Source: Escherichia coli
Lineage (GTDB): Bacteria > Pseudomonadota > Gammaproteobacteria > Enterobacterales > Enterobacteriaceae
Length of the DNA: 64,000 bases
Assembly (NCBI RefSeq): GCF_017348835.2
Contig: NZ_CP071375.1
Reading direction: 5' to 3' (one strand)
Shown here: positions 41,681-54,315 of the stretch, piece by piece
How the letters are laid out: the number at the start of each line of letters is the position of its first letter
How positions within the stretch are numbered: the first letter of the stretch is position 1
The notes under the pieces: generated by a model
Databases searched by the model: none
What the model was told of the DNA's origin: nothing
Seen by the model: only the letters and a program-made list of their open reading frames with translations
Made by a program: the position numbers and the translations under genes

Positions 41681-43078
41681 TTATTGTTTATCCTGCATAT
41701 ACGGCGTGTACACCCCGTTCAGACTGTGCAGGAAAGCTACGATATCATCCACATCCTCCTGCGGCAGCTCTTTGCCTACCTGATAGCGCAACATCAGTTT
41801 CACCGCCCCGTCCAGCGTCGGCACGTCACCGCGATGGAAGTACGGTGCCGTTAAAGCAACGTTACGTAAACCGGGTACTTTCTGACGCAATTTATCACGC
41901 TCTTCTTTAGTCACATTCATACGACCAATATCCGCCGCCGTAATTTCCCCAAAGTTAAAGTCTTTTTTCAGCCCCAACGGTTCAAAGGAACGTCCGCCGA
42001 GAATAATTCCACCATGACAAGTTGCACATTTATTATCTTTAAATAATTGATAGCCTTTTTTCTGTTGCGCCGTCAGCGCATTCTCATCTCCACGCAACCA
42101 TTTATCAAATGGGGAATCCGGCGTAATTAATGTTTTCTCAAATTCAGCAATGGCATCAGTAATATTTTCGCCACTGAAACCTTGCGGATAGACGTCGAGG
42201 AACTGCGCTTTAAGCTGCGGATCTTTTTCCAGCTTAGCAATAATTTCGTCCCAGGATTTTGACGCCATTTCAATCGGGTTCAACGGCGGTCCACCAGCCT
42301 GATCCTGCAATGTTGCCGCACGACCATCCCAGAACTGCTCAACGTTAAATACTGAATTAAATACCGTCGGCGCGTTAATCGGCCCAACTGCGCCACCAAC
42401 ACCAATCGATGTTTTTCTGCCATCGACGCCCCCCGCATTCAACGCATGGCAATGAGCGCATGAAATGGTGTTATCTGCCGATAAACGGGGATCGTGATAC
42501 AGCGCAAAGCCCAACGCCACTTTTTGCGCATCGGTAGGCAGTTTTTGCGGGATGGGCTGCACCGGTTCATTGCGATGCTCCGGAGCAGTATCATTACTGG
42601 CGTAATATTCTGCGCGCTGTTTTGCAATCCAGGCCAGTATTTCCGCCCGCTCTTCATCACTCACCTTACCCGCCCAGTGAAGCGCGGTATAACGCGTTGG
42701 CGGCATAGTTTCATACTGCATCACCCATTCAATCTTATTCAGATCGCTTTGCGAAACGGGTTTATCAGCCAGCAGAGCAGCACGCACGGCCTCGAGGTTA
42801 AAAGATTTATATCCAAGCTTAATGTCGTAATCCATCAACTGTTTCGCGCCAGGAATATAATAATAGGCGGGTAATTCTGCCGAAGGCGTGTGGCAATAGT
42901 CGCATCCTTTTTCGCGGAGAAAGCCTAAAACCTTATTATTTTCACTGACAGCAGATGCCTGAACATCGGCCTGTTTACTGCGTTTATTATCGTGGTACCA
43001 CACATAACCAGATAACCCTAAATAGCAAATCGCGACGCCAGCCAGGCCGATCGCGGTAATACGTGAGACCATTTTCAT
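41681..43078 (-). CDS. yhjA: cytochrome c peroxidase YhjA (CcpA family)
   Basis: 465-aa ORF with several CxxCH haem-binding motifs (CDYCH, CAHCH, CATCH). Confidence 0.9.
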   Translation of the reverse strand: MKMVSRITAIGLAGVAICYLGLSGYVWYHDNKRSKQADVQASAVSENNKVLGFLREKGCDYCHTPSAELPAYYYIPGAKQLMDYDIKLGYKSFNLEAVRAALLADKPVSQSDLNKIEWVMQYETMPPTRYTALHWAGKVSDEERAEILAWIAKQRAEYYASNDTAPEHRNEPVQPIPQKLPTDAQKVALGFALYHDPRLSADNTISCAHCHALNAGGVDGRKTSIGVGGAVGPINAPTVFNSVFNVEQFWDGRAATLQDQAGGPPLNPIEMASKSWDEIIAKLEKDPQLKAQFLDVYPQGFSGENITDAIAEFEKTLITPDSPFDKWLRGDENALTAQQKKGYQLFKDNKCATCHGGIILGGRSFEPLGLKKDFNFGEITAADIGRMNVTKEERDKLRQKVPGLRNVALTAPYFHRGDVPTLDGAVKLMLRYQVGKELPQEDVDDIVAFLHSLNGVYTPYMQDKQ

Positions 43079-43451
43079 TATTCTTCCCTCACGGTGGTGA
43101 GTTATTGTGACCCAGAAAATTTTCCAGAATGCTGCAAACGTCTCTGCGAGACAAAGCCATCATAAAAAACAGGGAGATACACTTTTTGATAGGAATCAAT
43201 CAATTACATGAATATAAACTATCAATAAGATAGCCTGTGCCTATTACCCAGATCAGGAATGGCATATCATGATTGCGGCGAGAGCAGGATTGAATGTTCT
43301 GAAAATGAAAAACAACACGAAATCTGTATTTTTATAAATTCCATTGATATTAGTGCGTTATATTTTTTGACAGGTTAATAAACGTGATCCACCGCACGCT
43401 TTGTCGCCCACCAGGCGGAGCGAATGACTACCCTTAAAGAAAAGCCGATAA

Positions 43452-45131
<1,680 letters not shown>

Positions 45132-45181
45132 TATTTTTACAGCCAGCCGCTAACTTCCTGCTGGCTGTAAAATTATCCTCT

Positions 45182-45784
45182 TCAGGAGGAGATATTTAAC
45201 ATCATTGCCGCCTGGGTGCGATTTTTCACTTCCAGACGGCGATACAGGGATTCCAGATGCGCTTTTACCGTTCCGGTACTGATATTCAGCGCTCTGCCGA
45301 TCTCCTTATTTGATTCGCCCGCCGCTAACATGGTTAAAATCTCCCGCTGGCGGGCGCTTAACGATTTGAGATCTTTAATGTCCTTTTCCGGCGTCGTCCG
45401 CCAGTCTCCAGGCAGAAACATCATCCCCATCGCCGCACTATTTACCGCCAACGCAAATGTCTCGACGGTTGAATCACGAGGCACAATGGCCAGCACATTA
45501 AAATGGATAACTTCCTGTAACCACCGTTTATTGCAATCCGTCGCCGTAATTAACACCTTAACCTCAGGAAATTGCACCACGGTTTTTTGCAGCAACCAGT
45601 AGCAAAACTCACCATCCTGATCGCCATCGAGCATAACTAAGGCTTCAGGGTAACTTTCCAGCTTTTGCCATAACTCGTCTGCCTGACTGGCCCCCTGAAT
45701 ACTCACTCCTGGAATACGCTGCTGTAAACTGATTTTCATTCCATGAATAAATATTGACTGCCTGTCAAACATGACTATTTGCAT
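45182..45784 (-). CDS. yhjB: LuxR-family response-regulator-like protein YhjB
   Basis: 200-aa ORF with C-terminal LuxR HTH. Confidence 0.85.
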   Translation of the reverse strand: MQIVMFDRQSIFIHGMKISLQQRIPGVSIQGASQADELWQKLESYPEALVMLDGDQDGEFCYWLLQKTVVQFPEVKVLITATDCNKRWLQEVIHFNVLAIVPRDSTVETFALAVNSAAMGMMFLPGDWRTTPEKDIKDLKSLSARQREILTMLAAGESNKEIGRALNISTGTVKAHLESLYRRLEVKNRTQAAMMLNISS

Positions 45785-46303
45785 AACTGAATCTCCACCT
45801 GAATACGTTAAAAAGACTTAAGTAGTGGAAGGGTATTACCTGCGAGAAAAAATAAGAATTCGCCATTTGGCGGTGGCCATTCTACAGAGATGACGCGTAG
45901 AAAATAGTTACCGATATAAATAGTTACAGCTAAACGCCTGAAATTACATGTCGAGGGCACTATTTAAAATAATTTTGAGGATTTCCTTATATTGATGGTT
46001 AGTACGCATGCAATTAAAAATGAAATTCCGCGACCACAAGCCAAAATAACAAACGGCAATGAGACAAAAATAAGCACAAATAGCCAATACGTCCTCTATT
46101 CACTTTAAAGGGAATCGCTGAAAAATACGCTCTGTTTAAGGGGATTCACCTTTCTCAGAAAGCTATTCCGCCCTTTTCCTGCTGAGAAATCGCCACATTC
46201 GTCATGACAACATTGTGAAACCCGGCATTAGATGTTAGAAAAAACAATAAACAATGCGATATGCGCGTTACTGTTTCGCTGTGAACAACAATCGGTCAAA
46301 GAA

Positions 46304-47203
46304 ATGGATAAAATTCACGCAATGCAGTTGTTCATCAAAGTCGCGGAGCTGGAAAGTTTTTCCCGCGCGGCGGATTTCTTTGCTTTGCCAAAGGGAAGTG
46401 TTTCGCGCCAGATACAGGCACTGGAACATCAACTTGGCACCCAGCTTCTCCAGCGCACCACGCGACGGGTCAAACTCACGCCAGAAGGCATGACCTATTA
46501 TCAACGGGCAAAAGATGTGTTGAGTAATCTCAGCGAACTGGACGGTCTGTTTCAACAGGATGCCACCAGTATCAGCGGTAAATTACGCATCGACATCCCG
46601 CCAGGAATCGCGAAAAGCCTGTTACTGCCGCGCCTGTCGGAATTTCTCTATCAGCATCCGGGAATTGAGCTGGAACTGAGTAGCCATGACCGTCCGGTAG
46701 ATATTCTTCATGATGGTTTTGATTGCGTGATACGCACTGGCGCGTTACCGGAAGATGGCGTTATCGCCCGTCCCCTCGGCAAACTGACCATGGTCAACTG
46801 TGCCAGTCCGCACTATCTGACGCGCTTTGGTTATCCGCAAAGCCCCGATGATCTGACTTCACACGCAATAGTGCGTTATACACCGCACCTGGGTGTACAT
46901 CCGTTAGGTTTTGAGGTTGCCAGCGTTAATGGCGTCCAGTGGTTTAAGTCTGGCGGCATGTTGACGGTAAACAGTAGCGAAAACTATCTCGCCGCCGGTC
47001 TTGCCGGTCTGGGGATTATTCAGATCCCGCGCATTGCCGTGCGCGAAGCCCTGCGTGCCGGGCGGCTTATTGAAGTGTTGCCAGGCTACCGTGCCGAGCC
47101 GCTCTCCCTTTCGCTGGTTTATCCGCAGCGTCGGGAGCTTTCCCGGCGTGTAAACCTGTTTATGCAGTGGCTGGCTGGCGTAATGAAAGAGTACCTGGAC
47201 TGA
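46304..47203 (+). CDS. yhjC: LysR-family transcriptional regulator YhjC
   Basis: Trimmed to ATG at 46304 (MDKIHAMQLFIKVAELESFSRAA...), 299 aa. Confidence 0.8.
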   Translation: MDKIHAMQLFIKVAELESFSRAADFFALPKGSVSRQIQALEHQLGTQLLQRTTRRVKLTPEGMTYYQRAKDVLSNLSELDGLFQQDATSISGKLRIDIPPGIAKSLLLPRLSEFLYQHPGIELELSSHDRPVDILHDGFDCVIRTGALPEDGVIARPLGKLTMVNCASPHYLTRFGYPQSPDDLTSHAIVRYTPHLGVHPLGFEVASVNGVQWFKSGGMLTVNSSENYLAAGLAGLGIIQIPRIAVREALRAGRLIEVLPGYRAEPLSLSLVYPQRRELSRRVNLFMQWLAGVMKEYLD

Positions 47204-47251
47204 CCGACTATACTTTTTAAGAATGACCACGACAGAAGGACAAAAGAGCGG

Positions 47252-48265
47252 ATGACGCAGGAAAACGAGATCAAACGTCCCACCCAGGATCTGGAGCACG
47301 AGCCGATTAAGCCGTTGGATAATAGCGAGAAAGGCGGCAAAGTTAGCCAGGCGCTGGAAACCGTCACCACCACTGCCGAAAAAGTCCAACGCCAACCAAT
47401 TATTGCGCACCTTATTCGCGCGACAGAACGCTTTAACGATCGGCTGGGTAACCAGTTTGGTGCGGCTATCACCTATTTCTCATTTTTGTCGATGATCCCG
47501 ATTTTGATGGTGTCGTTTGCCGCAGGGGGCTTTGTACTGGCCTCCCATCCGATGTTGCTACAGGATATCTTCGACAAAATTCTGCAAAACATCAGCGATC
47601 CGACGCTAGCCGCCACGTTGAAAAACACCATCAACACCGCCGTTCAGCAGCGTACGACTGTAGGGCTTGTCGGCCTGGCGGTGGCGCTTTATTCCGGCAT
47701 CAACTGGATGGGTAACCTGCGTGAAGCGATTCGCGCCCAGTCGCGCGATGTCTGGGAACGCTCGCCGCAAGATCAGGAGAAGTTCTGGGTAAAATATCTG
47801 CGTGATTTTATTTCGCTGATTGGTTTGTTGATTGCGCTGATTGTGACGCTTTCGATCACCTCGGTTGCCGGTTCGGCGCAGCAAATGATTATTAGCGCCC
47901 TGCACCTGAACAGCATTGAGTGGCTGAAACCGACGTGGCGGTTGATTGGCCTGGCGATTTCCATCTTCGCCAACTATCTGCTTTTCTTCTGGATCTTCTG
48001 GCGGTTGCCGCGCCACCGTCCGCGCAGAAAAGCCCTGATTCGCGGAACATTTCTGGCTGCTATTGGTTTTGAAGTGATTAAAATCGTGATGACCTACACC
48101 TTGCCATCGTTGATGAAATCCCCCTCTGGCGCAGCATTTGGTTCCGTGCTGGGGCTGATGGCATTTTTCTACTTCTTCGCCCGTTTGACGCTGTTTTGCG
48201 CGGCGTGGATTGCCACCGCCGAATATAAAGACGACCCGCGAATGCCGGGGAAAACGCAGCCTTAA
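47252..48265 (+). CDS. yhjD: inner membrane protein YhjD (YihY/BrkB family)
   Basis: 337-aa membrane ORF; synteny. Confidence 0.85.
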   Translation: MTQENEIKRPTQDLEHEPIKPLDNSEKGGKVSQALETVTTTAEKVQRQPIIAHLIRATERFNDRLGNQFGAAITYFSFLSMIPILMVSFAAGGFVLASHPMLLQDIFDKILQNISDPTLAATLKNTINTAVQQRTTVGLVGLAVALYSGINWMGNLREAIRAQSRDVWERSPQDQEKFWVKYLRDFISLIGLLIALIVTLSITSVAGSAQQMIISALHLNSIEWLKPTWRLIGLAISIFANYLLFFWIFWRLPRHRPRRKALIRGTFLAAIGFEVIKIVMTYTLPSLMKSPSGAAFGSVLGLMAFFYFFARLTLFCAAWIATAEYKDDPRMPGKTQP

Positions 48266-48270
48266 AATAG

Positions 48271-48345
48271 GCCGGATGCGGCGTACGAATTTATTCGGCC
48301 TGGCTCCCCGTAGGCCGGATAAGATGCGCCAGCATCGCATCCGGC
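48271..48345. repeat. REP palindromic units downstream of yhjD
   Basis: gccggatgcggcgtacgaat...gtaggccggataagatgcgccagcatcgcatccggc. Confidence 0.65.
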
Positions 48346-48657
48346 TATAATGCGCACATAACCTCTTGAAACTCTTCCCCAGAGCCTCTTCAGCCATCTA
48401 TTTGGGAGCAAACAATTTCATGCCAACTCATAACCCCAGCATATAAATCCAGTTGGTAACTTTTATTTAACCTGAAACCAGTTTTATCCACCATTTATAA
48501 AATTATGTGAAGCATTTCATAGAAGAAAAATCACTGGCCTAAACATTATCCCCTTTTTGCCTTATTTTTGACCATTTCCGCGATTTGTTACACATTGAAA
48601 TATCACTTTTGCTGTGCGTAATATGGCTATTCGTTAGCCAAAAAATAAGAAAAGATT

Positions 48658-49980
48658 ATGCAAGCAACAGCCACAACACTCGACCACGAGCAAGAATACA
48701 CGCCGATCAACTCGCGTAATAAAGTCCTTGTCGCCTCTCTCATTGGCACGGCCATTGAGTTCTTCGACTTTTACATTTACGCCACTGCGGCCGTTATTGT
48801 GTTTCCGCATATCTTCTTCCCGCAGGGCGATCCTACGGCAGCAACGCTACAGTCGCTCGCCACCTTCGCCATCGCCTTCGTCGCGCGCCCCATTGGCTCT
48901 GCCGTATTTGGTCATTTTGGCGATCGCGTTGGGCGTAAAGCGACGCTGGTCGCCTCGTTGCTAACGATGGGGATTTCGACCGTGGTGATTGGTCTGCTGC
49001 CGGGCTATGCCACGATTGGTATTTTCGCCCCGCTGCTGCTGGCGCTGGCTCGATTTGGTCAGGGTCTGGGCTTAGGCGGTGAATGGGGCGGCGCGGCGCT
49101 GCTGGCGACTGAAAACGCCCCACCGCGCAAACGTGCACTGTATGGCTCCTTCCCACAGCTGGGCGCACCGATTGGCTTCTTCTTTGCCAACGGCACTTTC
49201 TTGCTGCTTTCCTGGCTACTGACCGATGAGCAGTTTATGAGCTGGGGCTGGCGTGTGCCATTTATCTTCTCGGCGGTGCTGGTCATTATCGGCCTGTATG
49301 TTCGCGTGTCGCTGCATGAGTCGCCGGTGTTTGAGAAAGTCGCTAAAGCGAAAAAACAGGTGAAGATCCCGCTGGGTACGCTGCTGACCAAACATGTTCG
49401 CGTAACCGTACTGGGTACGTTCATTATGCTGGCAACCTATACGCTGTTTTACATCATGACGGTCTACTCTATGACCTTCAGTACCGCCGCCGCGCCAGTT
49501 GGGCTTGGCCTGCCGCGTAACGAAGTGTTGTGGATGCTGATGATGGCAGTTATTGGTTTTGGCGTGATGGTGCCAGTCGCCGGATTACTGGCTGATGCCT
49601 TTGGTCGCCGTAAAAGCATGGTAATTATCACCACGCTGATCATTCTGTTCGCGCTGTTCGCCTTTAACCCGCTGCTCGGTTCTGGCAACCCGATTCTGGT
49701 TTTTGCCTTCCTGCTGCTGGGGTTAAGTCTGATGGGTCTGACCTTCGGGCCAATGGGTGCGCTGTTACCAGAGCTGTTTCCGACAGAAGTGCGTTACACC
49801 GGAGCATCGTTCTCTTACAACGTAGCGTCGATTCTCGGGGCTTCCGTTGCGCCGTATATCGCAGCCTGGTTGCAGACTAACTACGGGTTAGGTGCGGTGG
49901 GGTTATATCTGGCGGCGATGGCTGGCTTGACGTTAATCGCCCTGCTGCTGACCCATGAGACGCGACATCAGTCGTTGTAA
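48658..49980 (+). CDS. yhjE: MFS transporter YhjE
   Basis: 440-aa 12-TM MFS ORF. Confidence 0.85.
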   Translation: MQATATTLDHEQEYTPINSRNKVLVASLIGTAIEFFDFYIYATAAVIVFPHIFFPQGDPTAATLQSLATFAIAFVARPIGSAVFGHFGDRVGRKATLVASLLTMGISTVVIGLLPGYATIGIFAPLLLALARFGQGLGLGGEWGGAALLATENAPPRKRALYGSFPQLGAPIGFFFANGTFLLLSWLLTDEQFMSWGWRVPFIFSAVLVIIGLYVRVSLHESPVFEKVAKAKKQVKIPLGTLLTKHVRVTVLGTFIMLATYTLFYIMTVYSMTFSTAAAPVGLGLPRNEVLWMLMMAVIGFGVMVPVAGLLADAFGRRKSMVIITTLIILFALFAFNPLLGSGNPILVFAFLLLGLSLMGLTFGPMGALLPELFPTEVRYTGASFSYNVASILGASVAPYIAAWLQTNYGLGAVGLYLAAMAGLTLIALLLTHETRHQSL

Positions 49981-49993
49981 TAAGAGTGAAAAG

Positions 49994-50091
49994 CCTGATG
50001 CGCTACGTTTATCAGGCCTGAATTTCCATACAATATATTGAATTCGCAAGGATTTGTAGGCCGGATAAGGCGTTCACGCCGCATCCGGCAT
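49994..50091. repeat. REP/BIME palindromic units downstream of yhjE
   Basis: gcctgatgcgctacgtttatcaggcc ... gtaggccggataaggcgttcacgccgcatccggc. Confidence 0.65.
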
Positions 50092-50161
50092 GAACAAAGC
50101 ACACTTTGCCAACAATCTAAATCTGTTTAATTGCCGGATGTCAGACATCCGGCAATTATCA

Positions 50162-52237
50162 TCACTTCTTCATCTGCGACAAAATTGTCCGACACTGATT
50201 AGCCTCCCCTTCGGAAGGTGAGATCAGCGCCAGTAACGCCGCCGCCGGTGTTACCAGCGTTGCCAGTGCCGCAGCAACAGCACCACGGGCAATCAGCGGT
50301 CCGGCTTTCACTCCAGCCTGCGGATTTTTAAACGTCCCACGCACATACAGCGGCGAACGCAGTGTGATAATCCGAATTCCTTTACTCTCCGGATCAATAG
50401 TCAAATCCAGCTGTTCCGAAGCAAAACTTGCCGTGCCGGTAACGTTAATCAACGCGTTCTCAGTATCGAAAGCAAAAATCTGCGGGCGCGCCACGCCGTT
50501 GGCAATATTCAGATTCGCCGCCGCGCAGTTCACCCGCACCTCATCGTCACCAAATATCGCACCGACAATGTAGTTGCCGACATTCAGCCCAACAATCTCC
50601 ATCAGGTTGCGGCTCACCAGCCCGTCATTCATCAACAGTTTCAGGTTGCCGTTACTGTTGCCTAAAAGCGCCGCCACCGAGTTACCGCTACCGCGTAGTT
50701 CCGCGTCACCGTTCATTTCCCCCAGCGTCTTCTGCATCAGTTCCACATCGGGCATCAGTTCTTTCAGTTTCAGTCGACGAGCCTGAATATCTGCCCGCCC
50801 CTGCATCGGCTTTTTATCGCCTTCCAGATGAATATTCGCCGCAATGCTGCCGCCCGCCATGCCAAATTTCAGCGGTTGCAGGCGCAGGTCAGCATTTTTG
50901 AGGATGATATGAGTAGAAAGATCGCTAATCGGCAGGCTACTGCCATGCTCAATGCGCCGCCCTTTGAAGCGAACATCGGCATCCATGACATCCCATTTAT
51001 CGGTTTCGAAGCGGTCATAAGGCAGCACTTTGCCCGCAGGCTGAACGCTTTTTTCGCCCTTCTTCTGTTCAGACCGTTTCGACTTGTCTGCCCCTTTCCC
51101 GGAATCAACGCCAATCAACGGTCCCAGGTCCGCCAGCCGCAATTGCCGCGACTCGACATCACCTTCCAGTTTTGGTCGTGGCTTGCCGGTGGTGTAGACC
51201 AGAGAACCGTGGATATCGCTATCGCCAATTCGCCCATTAAAGCCGCGATAATCAAAGACCGACGATTTTTCAGTGTCGATTTTCGCTACCAGCCGACCAT
51301 CCGTTTCAAACGGCGGGGTATCGGGCAGCAGAACGCCCGTCAGTTCATAGAGATCACCCAGTGAATCGCCAGAAAATTTAAGCCGTAAATCGACACCGCC
51401 CATCTTCATTGGGTCATTCACGACGCCATCAAAAGCAACACGGGTATTACCTGAACGGAAATCAGCCTGTACCGGAAACGGCGTCCCTTCGCCACGCAGC
51501 GCCAGCATACCGCCTATTTTTCCCGTACCAGTGAGCGGTTCACCGTTATAACGTCCCTGCGCCTTCAGGCCAAAAACGTAATCGCCCACCTTTTCTTTAT
51601 CCGCTTTACCTTTCGATCCAGTAACTTCGCTGAACGGCAGCGGCTTGCCTAAGGGATCAACAAAAATCTCCAGATCCGCTTTGCTTACTTTGTCATCAAT
51701 GGCGATCCGCCCTTGATCGAAAAGAATATTATCCAGCCGAAACGACCATGCCGACGGCTTTGCATTCGCGTCTTTGTTATCATCGTTGGCGAGATTAAAC
51801 GTCCAGTTATTGTTCTTTTCAGAGAGGCGAATCAGGCGCGCGTCGGGCTTTTCGAGCTTGATCCACGGCAGCCAGACCGTTTTGGTCAGCAGCGCCAGCG
51901 GGGCCAGCGTTGCTTCTACGCGTGGCAAATGCACCATCGTGACTTCGGGAATATCCGGTGGATTGCCAAGAATGATGTCTTCCGCGTGTACATGGGGCCA
52001 CGGCACCCAGCTGCGCCAGCCAGTTTCTTGTTTTTGCCGCTCCCACACCACGCCCAGATCGCCACGGATAGCGAACGGACGATTCAACTCCACAGAGACT
52101 TTCTGGTTGATGGTCGGTTTGAGTCGATTCCAGTCAAAAGTTGCAATCAAAATGATCGCCACGACAATCAACAACAAGAAAGCCCCTGAAATCGCAGCGG
52201 TTATTTTGCCTGCCTTGCTCATCGTTCGCTTCCTCAT
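50162..52237 (-). CDS. yhjG: AsmA-family protein YhjG
   Basis: 691-aa ORF with N-terminal TM anchor; the true start may be the ATG 5 codons in (MSKAGKITAA...). Confidence 0.85.
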   Translation of the reverse strand: MRKRTMSKAGKITAAISGAFLLLIVVAIILIATFDWNRLKPTINQKVSVELNRPFAIRGDLGVVWERQKQETGWRSWVPWPHVHAEDIILGNPPDIPEVTMVHLPRVEATLAPLALLTKTVWLPWIKLEKPDARLIRLSEKNNNWTFNLANDDNKDANAKPSAWSFRLDNILFDQGRIAIDDKVSKADLEIFVDPLGKPLPFSEVTGSKGKADKEKVGDYVFGLKAQGRYNGEPLTGTGKIGGMLALRGEGTPFPVQADFRSGNTRVAFDGVVNDPMKMGGVDLRLKFSGDSLGDLYELTGVLLPDTPPFETDGRLVAKIDTEKSSVFDYRGFNGRIGDSDIHGSLVYTTGKPRPKLEGDVESRQLRLADLGPLIGVDSGKGADKSKRSEQKKGEKSVQPAGKVLPYDRFETDKWDVMDADVRFKGRRIEHGSSLPISDLSTHIILKNADLRLQPLKFGMAGGSIAANIHLEGDKKPMQGRADIQARRLKLKELMPDVELMQKTLGEMNGDAELRGSGNSVAALLGNSNGNLKLLMNDGLVSRNLMEIVGLNVGNYIVGAIFGDDEVRVNCAAANLNIANGVARPQIFAFDTENALINVTGTASFASEQLDLTIDPESKGIRIITLRSPLYVRGTFKNPQAGVKAGPLIARGAVAAALATLVTPAAALLALISPSEGEANQCRTILSQMKK

Positions 52238-52291
52238 ATTCTTCCTGTGCCAGTCCTAAAGATAGTCCAGCCAGGCGGAAAATGAGGCAGC

Positions 52292-53059
52292 TTATAGCGC
52301 CAGAACCGCCGTATTCAGCGTTTCTATCGGTGCCGGGCGTGAAAGAAACCAGCCTTGTGCGGCGAATGCGGGCGAGTTCTGAACATCACGCCACTCTTCC
52401 GGCGTTTCTACGCCCTCGACAATCACCCCGCGACAATAGCGATTCATTAGATGTAAAAGCTGAGAAAAGAGTGTGCGTCCTTCCGGCGACTGACGCAGCA
52501 TCACAAACAGTTCTCGCGCGATTTTGATGTAGTCATAACGCACTTCACTTAGTGCAGAGAAATTTGCCATCCCGGTACCAAAATCATCCAGCCACAGCGG
52601 GCCAAATTCACACATCGAGGCAAAGGTTGAATCTTTCGGCAGACGGATATGCTCCACCAGTTCGAAACGCAGCCAGGGAAGACGCTCAATCTGGCACAGG
52701 ATTTTTGGTTGCTGACGCAGGGCGATGAGCGTAGGGCCATCAATATTGACCGATGCCAGCAGGCCGTGCTCTACAAAGAAGTCGGCTTTTTGCGCCAGCA
52801 AATCAATCTGCTCTTTCACAACCTCCATCCGATGGCTAACGGTGATTTCAGTAAAATAGCGATCCGGCGGCAGGCGTTGCGAAGGGTTCAAGGGATGCGT
52901 GACCGCAGTTAATAGCTCCACGGCCATTAACCGCCCGCATGTTTGATAGATCGGCTGCCAGGTGTAAGCACGCTCACACTGCAACCAAAAACGCCGTTCC
53001 TGCAAGCTCTCGATGCTTGCTTCAGGGTTGCTTATTCGCTGGATAACCTGCCTTATCAT
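52292..53059 (-). CDS. pdeH: c-di-GMP phosphodiesterase PdeH (EAL domain)
   Basis: Trimmed to ATG at 53059 (MIRQVIQRISNPEASIESLQ...), 255 aa. Confidence 0.85.
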   Translation of the reverse strand: MIRQVIQRISNPEASIESLQERRFWLQCERAYTWQPIYQTCGRLMAVELLTAVTHPLNPSQRLPPDRYFTEITVSHRMEVVKEQIDLLAQKADFFVEHGLLASVNIDGPTLIALRQQPKILCQIERLPWLRFELVEHIRLPKDSTFASMCEFGPLWLDDFGTGMANFSALSEVRYDYIKIARELFVMLRQSPEGRTLFSQLLHLMNRYCRGVIVEGVETPEEWRDVQNSPAFAAQGWFLSRPAPIETLNTAVLAL

Positions 53060-53202
53060 CAAAGATGTCCTGTGTTTAAAAGTGATGCAGCCCGGACTCG
53101 ACAAAGATTATCGGCGCGCAAGGGCAGAACTTTACCGCCTGGCCGGGGTAAATTTCCCCACTCCACAACGGAATCTTTCAGGAATACGTTCTGGCTCAAA
53201 AA

Positions 53203-53224
53203 AATAATGGAACACTGTTTTAAT
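53203..53224. promoter_or_regulatory. candidate KdgR operator in the kdgK promoter
   Basis: aataatggaacactgttttaat is an imperfect palindrome resembling the KdgR box (AATGAAACA-N-TGTTTCATT). Confidence 0.35.
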
Positions 53225-53290
53225 ATGGTTGACCAGCAAACCACCACAGCGCAAACTAACGCTAATTTTTTACAGATCAGGTTCACGACT

Positions 53291-54220
53291 ATGTCCAAAA
53301 AGATTGCCGTGATTGGCGAATGCATGATTGAGCTTTCCGAGAAAGGCGCGGACGTTAAGCGCGGTTTCGGCGGCGATACCCTGAACACTTCCGTCTATAT
53401 CGCCCGTCAGGTCGATCCTGCGGCATTAACCGTTCATTACGTAACGGCGCTGGGAACGGACAGTTTTAGCCAGCAAATGCTGGACGCCTGGCACGGCGAG
53501 AACGTTGATACTTCCCTGACCCAACGGATGGAAAACCGTCTGCCGGGCCTTTACTACATTGAAACCGACAGCACCGGTGAACGTACGTTCTACTACTGGC
53601 GTAACGAAGCCGCTGCCAAATTCTGGCTGGAGAGCGAGCAGTCTGCGGCGATTTGTGCAGAGCTGGCGAATTTCGATTATCTCTACCTGAGCGGGATTAG
53701 CCTGGCGATCTTAAGCCCGACCAGCCGCGAAAAGCTGCTTTCCCTGCTGCGCGAATGCCGCGCCAACGGCGGAAAAGTGATTTTCGACAATAACTATCGT
53801 CCGCGCCTGTGGGCCAGCAAAGAAGAGACACAGCAGGTGTACCAACAAATGCTGGAATGCACGGATATCGCCTTCCTGACGCTGGACGATGAAGACGCGC
53901 TGTGGGGTCAACAGCCGGTGGAAGACGTCATTGCGCGCACCCATAACGCGGGCGTGAAAGAAGTGGTGGTGAAACGCGGGGCGGATTCTTGCCTGGTGTC
54001 CATTGCTGGCGAAGGGTTAGTGGATGTTCCGGCGGTGAAACTGCCGAAAGAAAAAGTGATCGATACCACCGCAGCTGGCGACTCTTTCAGTGCCGGTTAT
54101 CTGGCGGTACGTTTGACGGGCGGCAGTGCGGAAGACGCGGCGAAACGCGGGCACCTGACCGCAAGTACCGTTATTCAGTATCGCGGCGCGATTATCCCGC
54201 GTGAGGCGATGCCAGCGTAA
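53291..54220 (+). CDS. kdgK: 2-dehydro-3-deoxygluconokinase
   Basis: ORF 52943..54220 trimmed to ATG at 53291 (MSKKIAVIGECMIELS...), 309 aa; PfkB-family sugar kinase. Confidence 0.85.
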   Translation: MSKKIAVIGECMIELSEKGADVKRGFGGDTLNTSVYIARQVDPAALTVHYVTALGTDSFSQQMLDAWHGENVDTSLTQRMENRLPGLYYIETDSTGERTFYYWRNEAAAKFWLESEQSAAICAELANFDYLYLSGISLAILSPTSREKLLSLLRECRANGGKVIFDNNYRPRLWASKEETQQVYQQMLECTDIAFLTLDDEDALWGQQPVEDVIARTHNAGVKEVVVKRGADSCLVSIAGEGLVDVPAVKLPKEKVIDTTAAGDSFSAGYLAVRLTGGSAEDAAKRGHLTASTVIQYRGAIIPREAMPA

Positions 54221-54315
54221 ACGCAGCATATGCAAAAGGCTGGATAAAGTGTTACCCCTCTATCCAGCTCATCCATAAATACCTGATGGTTGTGCTAACT
54301 CATCACCATTAGGCA

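Noticed and set aside
47606-48397. 263-aa minus-strand ORF overlapping yhjD and the downstream REP
   Set aside because: Antisense to yhjD and running through a REP element; Arg/Gln-rich low-complexity product.
52943-53290. Upstream 116-codon extension of kdgK overlapping pdeH
   Set aside because: The extension overlaps the divergent pdeH gene and its promoter; the KdgK kinase fold begins at MSKKIAVIGECMIEL (53291).
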